From a virus (lineage: Duplodnaviria > Caudoviricetes): a DNA stretch of 64,000 nt. The translations under genes were made by a program, and so were the position numbers. The notes under the pieces were generated by a model. That model was not told where the DNA came from. It made no database searches and saw only the letters and a list, made by a program, of their open reading frames with translations. Positions 19,044-30,200 of the stretch are shown here, piece by piece. Within the stretch, counting starts at the first letter, position 1; the number at the start of each line of letters is the position of its first letter. The DNA lies in the IMG/VR virus record IMGVR_UViG_3300025133_009649, positions 87-64,086 of that record; one strand, given 5' to 3'.

Positions 19044-22000
19044 ATGGGAGATGGTGGAATAGTTAAGTGGGCTGGATCTGTAAAAGATGATGATGGTGAC
19101 CAAAATTTTGGCAATCAGCAACTTCATGAAGGACGGATGCATCTAAACCGTACTAAGGTAGTGCCAACTTTATTAAAGACCATGCTTGAAAGGGAGTATG
19201 GTTACACTGACATTGTGAATAATGGAATTCCTTATATAGCTACTGTATTACATATTTTTAACGGACCTAATTCAGAGAAAGGAGTTTCGACCAAAGGCGT
19301 GCAAACAACAGTGGTCAATGCAGACACTTGGTTCGTAAACAAGACGGTTTCTAAACCAACTGAGAGAAGAGAAAGAATAAGATTACTGGCCAGAATACCA
19401 GAGTTTGATACGGGGCTAAATTGGCCCATGGATAAGGAGGATTTTATTCGTATATGTGCTCATGGAGAATATCATGAGCGCTCGACACAGAAGACCACTG
19501 GTCTCGCAGACACTTATGCTATTCAGGTTGGCGATCAGATTTTGGTTAATCTTCGAGGAAAAAATACTTCTCCATCCGACGGCCGCCAGGCAGGTTGGAT
19601 AGTTGGTCTTTCACGGAAAGCGTTACTTAGGGAGGCACTCGTTGATATGCCTCATCCCAGTATTCAATTTGCAAAACCCTGTAAGTCTAACAGAGACGTT
19701 TCCGGCCCTCCCCCTGAATATTTGCGAGGTGAAACAGAAAAAGAGCCGGCTATAGCATACCCTATAATAGAAAAATATAAAACAAGAATTAAAACCGGTT
19801 TATACGGCAACGGTACTCCACAAACAAAATATCATTTTAATAATGCTTTATCGGGAATCCAAGGTGCAAAAAAATCTTTTAAATATGATGTACCTGGTCC
19901 TGCTCCTGGAAAGGACGATGCGTTTATTTGGGTTGGCCACTTAAGAAACAACGGTTATTTAGATTTAGTAGATCGTCCTATCAGTCTAGGGAGGGAAACT
20001 ATTATATACGCCCCCATGACCTTAGACGTCACGTTGCCGATAGAATTAAAATATTATTTTCACGACCGCGCGGGCTTCGGCCATGCATGGGTTAATGGAC
20101 CAGATACAAAAGTTGGAGAGTCAATCGATTTAGCTGAAACCAAGGGGAACGATTTTAGAGAAAAAATTGCTCCTGCAATTAAAGATATGATTAAAGATAG
20201 AAGAAATTTTATTTTAGTTATACCTGAAATGTCTTATTCTAGAGGATTTGGAACAAAGTCAAATGATGTTACTAGGACAAAAAAAATGTCTGTGGGTAAA
20301 AAAGCCGGCTACACCGTTGGCACCGCGCACAAAGAATCACCTGCAGTAATAAGAACCAAGATTACAAAATCTGAAGTTTTCAGTACTGTTAAGGAATATT
20401 TAAGAGGCCTCCCTGCTGGAAAAATACTTATTGATGAAGGCGTTTTTACAGATGACGAAATTTTAACTAGCAATGTTTTGCAAAAAACTCATTTAAGAGA
20501 AAGAGAAACTGTTACTTTTGATGGATCATTCACTGGTGGGTTATTTGGGAGCTTTCATATTGAAGTACTTGATATAATTAAAAATTATTTAGGTAAATAC
20601 GCTTTTGACAATATTAATTATATATCTATTTTGGCCGACGGCATGGGGGCTATAAATTTAGCATCTATAATTAAATTTACGACATACAGCACAGTACACA
20701 ACAATGCTGAGAATAGTTTTAAATCTGTACCTATTAATAGAATTGATTATGTTGAGAGTTCAAAAGATATGTTAGAAATTTATAATTTTTCTAAGATGCC
20801 TGCCTATTCAATATACGAAGATTATTTAATTTTCAGGGCTGAAGGTTCTGAATACTTTGAATTTAATTATATTACAGAAAAGAATTCTACTCATGGACGA
20901 AGCTTTTTTAATAAATTAGGACACATCGATTCATATGATAACTCTATTAAGGCTGCCAGCTCCCACGGTGACAAAAAATTCTCTTTAAAAGTCGCTCCCA
21001 ACACACCATTACAAAAAATAGAAGTTGCTGCAGACATCAAGGCGGTAATTAATATGCATGTATTGCCAAAAGAGCCTTCATCAATTACTAGCGATACGAC
21101 TAAAAAAGCAGCATATGCTTTTGTTATGAAAGATGATTTTGTTCTTGCCCCGGATACTTTGGTTACTTCTGACTCTAACTCTTCTCAGACCCCAGTTAAT
21201 GATTTTGTGCCAGACCACGCCGGCGCCATGGCATCTAAGCCATCTGAAGGCAACGCAAATAAATATGAAAAAGAAATGCAAGGTCTAAAAGTTAAAATAA
21301 ATACTTTTGCAAATAACGTATTAAATTCTCTACAAACTAAAAGTTTTTGCACAGATCCAAAAACACAAGACTATTGTACGGGAGCCGGCGGTGTAAGTTA
21401 TGAGTCGAGCATCGCAGCACACTTCCAAAACTACATAGCAGATTTAGAAAATTATTTTTATTATTTTGTGTTACTTCAACATGAATTAAACATTGCTAAA
21501 ATTAAAAATGTCAAAAAAGAACTTCAAAATTATTTGAATAAGGATCCTTTTAATATTAGTGAAGAATGTGATGATGCTGCAGCAAATAATAAAAATGAAA
21601 GTTGGTTTGATGATTATAAAGATAATTTTGGCGGGATGTTTAGGGGTTATGTTGGTACTACTGACAAGTATGATATGAAAAAGGCAGCAAAGAAGCTTGC
21701 AGAGGGCCCAACAAAACTAGTGATGCCATCTGATGCTGGCAGGCGCGATTTTTTTGTAACTGACGGAGACATCGACGACGGCGCATCCCGCGGCGCATAT
21801 GCAAATATTATGTATAATGTCGCCCGCGAAAGAGCTTTAAAAAAGATTAAAGATGATTTAGATGAGTTAATTGAAGCTGCAGAACCGGTGCCTGCCACAG
21901 CCCCTAATCCGGATTGTGATCCACCACCAGTAACCTTGGAAGAAATAAGAACTATGGTACCAAGCCGATCAGCTAAATATTCTAGATTTTCTGAACAATC

Positions 22001-23204
22001 ATGTGCTGGTAATAATATAAAAGTTGTTTCAACTTTCAAAGAACTAAAAACCATGCTTTCATGGAATCCAAAAACTAAACCTCTGAAGGAGTCTATGGGT
22101 TCAGATAAAAAATATACAGATTTAGTGACTAACATCGACACCGAGGCTGTTGGATACAAAACAAAAAGATTTACATATAGAGCTAGGGCAAAAATCAATC
22201 CAGTTTATAAAGAAAGTCCGCTTGTTTGGTCATGCATAGCAGAAAAAATAAGAGAGTCGTGGGAGGCCGCATGCAATATATCAAATTATATACCATTTAC
22301 AATCACTTCCGGCATCAAAGGTGTTATTGGTAATCCTGGTGTTTCTGCGTATAACAATGGAATGTCAATTGATTCATTTGGATTATCAATAAATGTGGAC
22401 CCACCATTGGCTGGTTATAGCGGTGATGGAAAACCAGTATATAGTGTTTTTACTGGAATGTGGACTCCGGGTTTTGTTGAAACATCTGCACAAGAACTTT
22501 ATGATTTAGGTGTATTATACACCAGCCCAAATACAATGAGCGAATCTCCTTTTGCTATTGTCACTTCTGCAGGAATTGGATCACGATATTTAGATAACGC
22601 ATATGAATCTGGATTTTATTATGATCAAAATATGTCTGACATCACCCTCGCCGAAGGTCACGGAGAACTAGCAGTGCCGGAATTTGAACCGCCCGCCGGC
22701 GTCGGCGACGCCTTGGAAGACCTAGGTATGCCACATAAAGCGAAGAAGCCTGTTGAGGCTGATGGTGGTTTTATAATGCCTGAACCAAGATTGGTACCAC
22801 CAGATCCAAGATTAATAGAAAATTGGTCAGGCGCACCCGATTCATATGCCGGCCCCTCCGGCATCGGTGAAAAAAAAGCAAGTTATAACAAAGATATAAA
22901 AGAAGCTGAAGGACAATTAATCGTCCCGCCTGGAGCGAATCCTGTTGTATGGTTGCTAACTTTTTGTGAAAGAAGCGGCATGAAGTGGGGAAATTCTTTT
23001 TTCTTAAGAAAAAGATTTGTAGGAGGCAAACAAACTTGGACTCCTGCCGAACAAAGAAGAATAGCGGCTATATATGGTATTCCTGATATAGTTGCTAGAA
23101 TAAACGCTATTTCATGGCCTGTAACTTCGGTTGATAAACACATGCATTTTCAATATTATGCCGGAGGCCCAATAATAACTTGGGAAGAAATAGAGGAGAA
23201 GTAA
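19044..23204 (+). CDS. Large putative virion/baseplate-hub protein with degenerate alpha/beta-hydrolase-like and M15-peptidase-like domains
   Basis: 1386 aa. Central TIIYAP...YYFHD...NFILVIPE...ILADGMG and C-terminal SIDSFGLSINVD...GMKWG...DKHMHFQY. First large gene of the baseplate module. Confidence 0.5.
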   Translation: MGDGGIVKWAGSVKDDDGDQNFGNQQLHEGRMHLNRTKVVPTLLKTMLEREYGYTDIVNNGIPYIATVLHIFNGPNSEKGVSTKGVQTTVVNADTWFVNKTVSKPTERRERIRLLARIPEFDTGLNWPMDKEDFIRICAHGEYHERSTQKTTGLADTYAIQVGDQILVNLRGKNTSPSDGRQAGWIVGLSRKALLREALVDMPHPSIQFAKPCKSNRDVSGPPPEYLRGETEKEPAIAYPIIEKYKTRIKTGLYGNGTPQTKYHFNNALSGIQGAKKSFKYDVPGPAPGKDDAFIWVGHLRNNGYLDLVDRPISLGRETIIYAPMTLDVTLPIELKYYFHDRAGFGHAWVNGPDTKVGESIDLAETKGNDFREKIAPAIKDMIKDRRNFILVIPEMSYSRGFGTKSNDVTRTKKMSVGKKAGYTVGTAHKESPAVIRTKITKSEVFSTVKEYLRGLPAGKILIDEGVFTDDEILTSNVLQKTHLRERETVTFDGSFTGGLFGSFHIEVLDIIKNYLGKYAFDNINYISILADGMGAINLASIIKFTTYSTVHNNAENSFKSVPINRIDYVESSKDMLEIYNFSKMPAYSIYEDYLIFRAEGSEYFEFNYITEKNSTHGRSFFNKLGHIDSYDNSIKAASSHGDKKFSLKVAPNTPLQKIEVAADIKAVINMHVLPKEPSSITSDTTKKAAYAFVMKDDFVLAPDTLVTSDSNSSQTPVNDFVPDHAGAMASKPSEGNANKYEKEMQGLKVKINTFANNVLNSLQTKSFCTDPKTQDYCTGAGGVSYESSIAAHFQNYIADLENYFYYFVLLQHELNIAKIKNVKKELQNYLNKDPFNISEECDDAAANNKNESWFDDYKDNFGGMFRGYVGTTDKYDMKKAAKKLAEGPTKLVMPSDAGRRDFFVTDGDIDDGASRGAYANIMYNVARERALKKIKDDLDELIEAAEPVPATAPNPDCDPPPVTLEEIRTMVPSRSAKYSRFSEQSCAGNNIKVVSTFKELKTMLSWNPKTKPLKESMGSDKKYTDLVTNIDTEAVGYKTKRFTYRARAKINPVYKESPLVWSCIAEKIRESWEAACNISNYIPFTITSGIKGVIGNPGVSAYNNGMSIDSFGLSINVDPPLAGYSGDGKPVYSVFTGMWTPGFVETSAQELYDLGVLYTSPNTMSESPFAIVTSAGIGSRYLDNAYESGFYYDQNMSDITLAEGHGELAVPEFEPPAGVGDALEDLGMPHKAKKPVEADGGFIMPEPRLVPPDPRLIENWSGAPDSYAGPSGIGEKKASYNKDIKEAEGQLIVPPGANPVVWLLTFCERSGMKWGNSFFLRKRFVGGKQTWTPAEQRRIAAIYGIPDIVARINAISWPVTSVDKHMHFQYYAGGPIITWEEIEEK

Positions 23205-23207
23205 TTT

Positions 23208-24215
23208 ATGTCAAAAATAAGTAAAAAAGCTAGAGATTATTGTGGTTTGACAGACGAATCTAAACGAATTCTTGCTAGCTTATCCGATGACGAAGCAGAA
23301 GATTATGGGGGAATATTCGGAGGGGTAAGAAAACAGGCAATGGTTAGAAGGCTTACAGTGCCATCAGAAAATATAGTTGGTGAAGGTCTAGATAACAATG
23401 CTTTTATTGTTATTGGCAATGATCGCACAGGAGCCCCCCATACAGGTAATGGTGGGAGGGGGCACACTCAATGTGACGCTATAGATATAGTTGCAGGACT
23501 AGGGGGCTATTGCCCGCAGGAGGTAGAAGAAATTGAACTTGAAGATGGGAACAAAACTACGGTAAGGGTAGAAACTAACCCTAATTTTTATCTTGATGCA
23601 GCAAGAATCTATATTTCACAAAAAACAGATGTTGACAAAAATTTTGGGATTGGCGGAGAATTCGGGCCAAAAAAGCCAGATGCAGGAGCCCCGGATGAAG
23701 AAAATATAGGTAAGTATGGGGGAAAATCAGCTATAGCCATAAAAGCCGATAATATCAGAGTTATTGGAAGGGAGAGCTTAAAACTGGTCACAGGAACAGA
23801 TAAATTCAATTCTCAAGGTGGCGAGGTTAGTGGCAAGCATGGTATAGAAATAATATCAATGAACGAAGATAGCAAACTACAACCCATGGTTTTGGGCGAT
23901 AATCTAATTAGGGCATTGAGCAATATAATAAAATATGTTGAAAAATTACAAAACATTGTTCAAGCTCAAATACATTATCAAGCAAAATTTAATAAAGCTG
24001 TGATGCAACATAATCACAGATCACCATTTTTTGCGCTTGAAACGTTGCCTTCAGAGGAATGCATGATCAGTAATATACAATGTGATGTTGAAACCATGCT
24101 TAATACTGAATTGTCTTTTATGTCTAGTACTTCAAATGGCGCCGGCATGAGAGCAAACTACTTGTCACCAAGTGGTCCTAAATATATTTTAAGTCCTCTT
24201 AACAAGGTAAATTAA
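23208..24215 (+). CDS. Putative baseplate spike-associated (gp5 C-terminal-like) protein
   Basis: Beta-rich repeats SAIAIKADNIRVIGRESLKLVT and QPMVLGDNL, upstream of the gp25/gp6-like genes. Confidence 0.4.
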   Translation: MSKISKKARDYCGLTDESKRILASLSDDEAEDYGGIFGGVRKQAMVRRLTVPSENIVGEGLDNNAFIVIGNDRTGAPHTGNGGRGHTQCDAIDIVAGLGGYCPQEVEEIELEDGNKTTVRVETNPNFYLDAARIYISQKTDVDKNFGIGGEFGPKKPDAGAPDEENIGKYGGKSAIAIKADNIRVIGRESLKLVTGTDKFNSQGGEVSGKHGIEIISMNEDSKLQPMVLGDNLIRALSNIIKYVEKLQNIVQAQIHYQAKFNKAVMQHNHRSPFFALETLPSEECMISNIQCDVETMLNTELSFMSSTSNGAGMRANYLSPSGPKYILSPLNKVN

Positions 24216-24227
24216 AAAGGTAAAAAG

Positions 24228-27200
24228 ATGCAACTTGAGATAAGTAAAAATAAGTTAAAAGAAGTTCAGAGTGCCGTAAAAAAGTGGGCCGACGTTGCAA
24301 TACCGATGTGGCAGAAAATGTTTCAATGGTTGCTGCCCGACGATTTTGATTATGGGTATAGTGGAGAAAGTGTAACTGCTCCAAATTTTAGTGATTTAAT
24401 TCTTGTTGAGGATGTTCAAGCTGAGCAACTAGCTCATTATGAGTCAGGATTAGGTTTTTTAATACAAATTAATGCTACAATCAAGAAATATCATACACAA
24501 AAAATCAACTGGGACGGCGCCCCGCTCGTAAACGGTGAGGTTTTTAGCAACGCCGCCTGGCCTGAACAAGACAAAATTAATAGCGAATGGTGGCATGAGG
24601 ACTATTGCGCAGATATAGTTGATAATCTCCTCCAAGATGTCAAAGTTTTACAAAACAGTCCCTTATACAATACAGATCCGCAACTCTTGACCGCTATAAA
24701 TCTTAATTTCGACGGTGCTGATCTTTCTAATAAAGCTGATGCAGTAGTAAAGGCGGCAGGTGAATATTTGTCATTGATGGGCTTATCTTTCTCGACTAAA
24801 CATGAAATTAGCCCTCCTCCTGACGAAGTCAGCGCTTTATCTCCATGGACAATTGCTAGTGACAAGAGTCTAGAATCTCAATTTGAAAATTTACGGCCTA
24901 CGTCAACACACTATATCGCCTTCATGCTGGATGAAACAAAATCAGATCTCGACTACCCCGACGCGGGGCCGGGTGGATATTATTTACCGGTACGTTATTC
25001 TCCATGGGACGAAACTAATCATGAAAGCGATCCAAAAGAAGTAAAAGACTGGAATGACGAGAATTTTAGATATCTGACCATGGATGGAGATTTTTTTAAG
25101 CCAGGATCAAATGCTTCACAACTTGCAAATGGCATTGAATTACCACATGGTCTTGGAGTAATTGTAACTGAGATAATTAACAGTAAAACTGGGGTATGGG
25201 TTGGCTTCATAATAGATGAATTTGATCCCCTGACCCTCGACTCTGACATAGCTGTAACGAATAGCTCTTGGCATAACAAGCTTGATGATTTTTATAAATC
25301 GGGGGACTATGGCTGGAACGACCCGGCTCACAAACGCCGCGTGCAGCGTTTTTTGTATACTAGGCCAGAGTATTTAAGAATAAAACAGGATTCTAAGGAG
25401 ATAGGAACAGATAATATAGAACGATCGGCTCTGGATCCACCTATCTCTGATAACATCGTGGTTTCTGAAGAATCAATTGCTGAGGTAACTAAGAACTTGC
25501 CACCTGCTCTGGGCAAAATTAATCCACAAGATAACAAAAATTGGTTAACTTTACTTCCCGGCCAAGTAGCGCTTTCTTATTATAGTTTTATAAAACAAAA
25601 TCATAAACAAACTGAAAAAAAGAATTATGTTGTTGACCACACAGCAATAATAAATAATCCGTCTTTGCGATATTCTGAAGGATACTTTTATTTTGTTGTA
25701 GGCCAATCACCTAGAATGTCTGAGCGCGACGCCATCGCCTTACCTAACGAAACAGCAGGCGACACTCTAGAGCAAAAAAAGCTTTATGCTTCAGCACAAT
25801 CGATTGATCTTGCCAAAGATAAGGCTTGGGAAGCCTTGCTTAAGCATTTTGGCAAAGATATGGACGAGATAGAAAGCAATCCCTTAATACAGCGGTTAAA
25901 AAGAAGTTTCTTTGTTACAGCGGCATCTCATGTAAATATCAATACAACAAATCCAAATAACCAGAATGTTTTATTCGCGATTCGGGCAAGCTACATCGAT
26001 GCTCTTCCTGAGACAAGAAAACCTTATTTTAATGACTTTGACGATACAGATTTCGCAGGAGGCCGAAGCTTTTCGTTTCAGTTTTTAGCAAAAGAAATGG
26101 GCAAAATTTGCAGTGATTTGACAAATAGCTTAACTGGAATAAAAAAGAAAACGCAGGCAATAAAGGCTAATCAACCTTGGATGAAAGACGCCGCTGGACA
26201 ACAGTTCAACATGAAAATCATTGAGGACTTTTTGTTCGATTCTAAGACTACTGTTCATTCGGGAGGCAGCGCACGTCCAGGCCAGTCGCTTATCGGAGGA
26301 GCATCCACCGCCGGCGGCTTTCCAGTATTGTTATCAAATTTCTTTAAAAATCAGGTTTATCCACGAACAACAAAAAATGATTATATATCTAAGCTAATTA
26401 GCGAAGCCGGAGCTTTGATACTATCTTCTAATTCTAATCCAGATGATCCAGATCATGTAGTCGAAATTGGGATAAGGGACAATGGCCTCGTAGGCTCTGA
26501 TGTGAGATTAACCATTTCTTATATCTTATTTTCTCCTGATCCAAAAGTTTTAAAGAATCTCGGCGAAACAGAAGAAGGCGAATTGACTGGTCATTTTAAA
26601 TTATTCTATCATGATCCTTATATAACTGAAGATGAATATAAGACGGATACTATCCCAAGAAGCGCCGTTCCTTTACGAATCGGAATTCCTCTTCTTCGAC
26701 AAAATTTAGAAGGTGTGTACCCGTCAATGGCTCTTCACTACCTTTTATCACATTCTAGTATATTAAGTGGATATAAATCGTTAGAAGGAAACGATGAAGC
26801 CACACCAAAAGCCTGGCAAGATTATTTATTAAGATATTCAGTGCCGCCGATAGCTATTTCAGCACATCCTAGACTACCCAAGGCTGATAATATAAATAAC
26901 TTAAGTTGTGAAGAGCTTATTAAAACTTTGGACAAGGCCGGTAACGTCTCAGGCTACGAACAACGAATAATAATGGAGAGAATATATACTAATCCTGGAT
27001 GCAGAAAAGAATATTATAGAAAATTTAAAAAGTCTACGCCGGCGAGCGATCCTGAAATGACCAGGAAAATGTTAGAAAGTAAGGCTGCTGAATCGGAAAA
27101 TCTTGATGGTAAATCATCATCCGGAGGGGTATCTCAGCAACTTTCACGTCTTTATAACGTTTTATTGAACACTCTTGATATAGAGGGCATTATTCAATTA

Positions 27201-30200
27201 CTTATAGCCTGTATCCAGGCAAAGCTAGGTATACCTCTTACTGCTGAAGCGATTTGTGAGGCGATACTTATTGAAATAATATTGGCTCTCGGTGTTGATG
27301 AGATGGCCAAGGCTCTTTATCAGCAGGCCATGAATGATCCTGATAATTATGGGCCTCTTTTAGACGCCCTTAGCAAGACGGCGCCGCCTCTTGACAAGAC
27401 TGTTTTAGATATAAAAAAGATGTTTGCAAGAGCCCCAATTGCTTCTTATATGGCTCTTCTTTATAAAAAGTTCGATGCCGCTGGTGATGTGGATGAGGAC
27501 GGCGCCATCGTCGATGCAGCCGGGATCCCCGTCGACCGACTAAGTTGGTTAACCTTGGAAGCAATCTCTGTTGTAAAGCGGATAGAAGTAAAGAAAGTTC
27601 CTGTACAACTAGTCCCGGCTGGCCGAGTAAACGCTATTGCTGCAGAAAATTGGAATCCTGATATATCTTCAGGATTTGCAGAATTATACGTTGATGACGA
27701 ATTATTTGATATAGCTTATGGACACAATTTATCCACTCCAAACGTGTACACGATTAGAGAGATAAATACTGAAAAAAAGAGGATGTTGGATTTAGGATAT
27801 TCTAATAAAGAAACAGAAGCTTTGTTGGTATACGATGGTTATTTAAAACCAAAAGAAAGCCAAATAAAAAAATATTATGATAATTCAGTCCCGTATGTCG
27901 TCGGCAAACAAGCTGTAGAATCTAAATTTCATGAAATTATAACCGGACACCGGCCCCCGGGCAAATACGCAGGTCCTGGAGCTGAAGAGTGCAAGGACGC
28001 AGAAGACTTTGACGCATGCGTAAAAGACTTGATGTCTGAAGAATTAGCTAAACAGTTTCTAGAAAGTATAAAGCTTGTAATAGACATACAAGAAATATGT
28101 GTGATGCTCGTGGGCCCAATGTTAGACGGACTCGAAGATCTGCTGCGTGATCCCTTCGGCGACAGCGGAGAAGATTGGTGGGATAACTTTGTCGAAGGCC
28201 TCAAAAGACAATTTTCTTTTGCATGGCCAACATTTGGTTTTCCTGATAATTTACCAACAGTTAGCCATATGGGCGACTATGGCGCAAGACTATTAGAAAC
28301 GATTTTAACTTTAGTTGTTGTTTTATTGGGACAAATTCTCAATATAATAATTAAAGAGGCACTTAGAAACTGTATTGAAGAAATCGATGATGACTCCGGC
28401 CCGGCTAATCAGCCTTATCCTTCAGGCCGACCTCCATTAAGAATTCCATCACTTGACGCAATCATGTCTGATGGCCCAATCGGTGGCCCCATGCCATTCT
28501 CGGTTCTAGCTGACTTAATGGATAACATACTAGATACACTTTCATTAAGTCAGCTATGTTCTTTATTAAAAGGAGAGGCATCAGAGCAAACTTTATATAA
28601 TATTATGATGCTAGCCCGGGACGGCGCAGATAAAAGAACAGCAGAAATTAAAGAATCTTTTATAAATGAGGGCTACAACGAAGAAGACGCTGCTAGAAAG
28701 GCTGGTAAACCGAAACATTGGTCGATGCTTGATATCAAAAACTTGTTTTTGAGCATAGCAGAATCTCCAGATTTTCCTGGGTTAGATGATATGTGCGACA
28801 CACTTTCTCCTACTACTGCTATGCTTGATGATGTTTGCACTGCTTTTTATGATAGGGACGGTAAAGCTGCACAATTGCAAAAAGCTGGCTTAACTGAAAA
28901 GGAAGCCCAGAAGCAGATTGATCAAGATTTAGAAGATTTAAAAAACAAAGTTATGCTATATGCACCAATATTGTTTCCGAATAATAATCAAGGAATTGGA
29001 AAATCTTTAAATGCTATTCCTGATATCTGTGATATTCCCGGCGCCTTTTCAATTCCTCCTGGTGTACAACACACCATGGAACTGATAACCGATAATATAC
29101 TAGATAGTGTTAAAGGTTCATTAATCCAAGATATGATTGCTTTAAGACATTTTGCTGTACCTTCTCGCGCAATGATGGCTGTAACAAATCCGGATGATTT
29201 AAAAAAGGCCCACGAGCTGTTTAAAAGCTCAATTGGCAAACCATACAAAAAAAAGGCAATTGCCTTTATCGGAAATCCCGGTTATGAAGAGATGAAAAGC
29301 TTAAAAGATATTCCAACATATCCTATTATTTATGGTATAAACAACATTTGTTTTGGTGGATACCGACCCGGCGATGACGGGATGGATGACGAATATTTAT
29401 CTGATGCAGAAACAAAAGAGAACCTGCAATTTAATAGGGTTTGGGATTCCATCGAAGCTTGGCCCTCTAATATTTTTGAGCATGAATATTTTAAACCAAC
29501 TACTTTTCTTCGTTTGTTGGCAAATCCGAATTTTTATTCAAAAGCTAAGTGGGGTTTAGGCACGGGGATCCCTGGAGTTACTAGCAAACTTTCGCTTGCA
29601 CAAAAGCTTGTCACTAGAGCCCTCTCCGATGAACCGCTGGGCGAGAATGGCCAGCCAGGAGGTGACCTCGTAGCCGCGGCCATCTTCAAAGCTCCCGCGG
29701 ACACACCCTTCATCGGCGCCCTTAATCTGACAGATTTTATTAAATTATTTTGGGCTGACCCTGTGGGTGGAGAGTACGGTGGCCCTATCGTAGATAAACT
29801 TCGTATATTAATAAACGAAGATTTTGTACAAGACGTAAAACCAAAATATTTGTCTGAAATGCTTTTTGAAAAAGATCATTTGATGGCTCCTAAAATTTCT
29901 GGTTTAACCGAGGACAAACCGCCATCAGGGGGCCCCAGTCTCAATGGTTTTATTGCCCCTCCCGTACCATGGCCAAACACCGAGCTAGCCTGGGAAAATG
30001 CAAAAAAAGTTCACTCACTTAATAGTACATTAAAGTCCATACACAAAAATCCATACGTTTGGTCAAATATGTATAAGAGTTATACTGGCTTGCCGGCCAC
30101 GGAGGAATACATCCAGTTCGAAAAGGAAATGGAATACTTCACCGGAACCACCAGCTCGCCCGACTATGAACCAATCTCTCTCAAAGACCGAGAGGACTGG

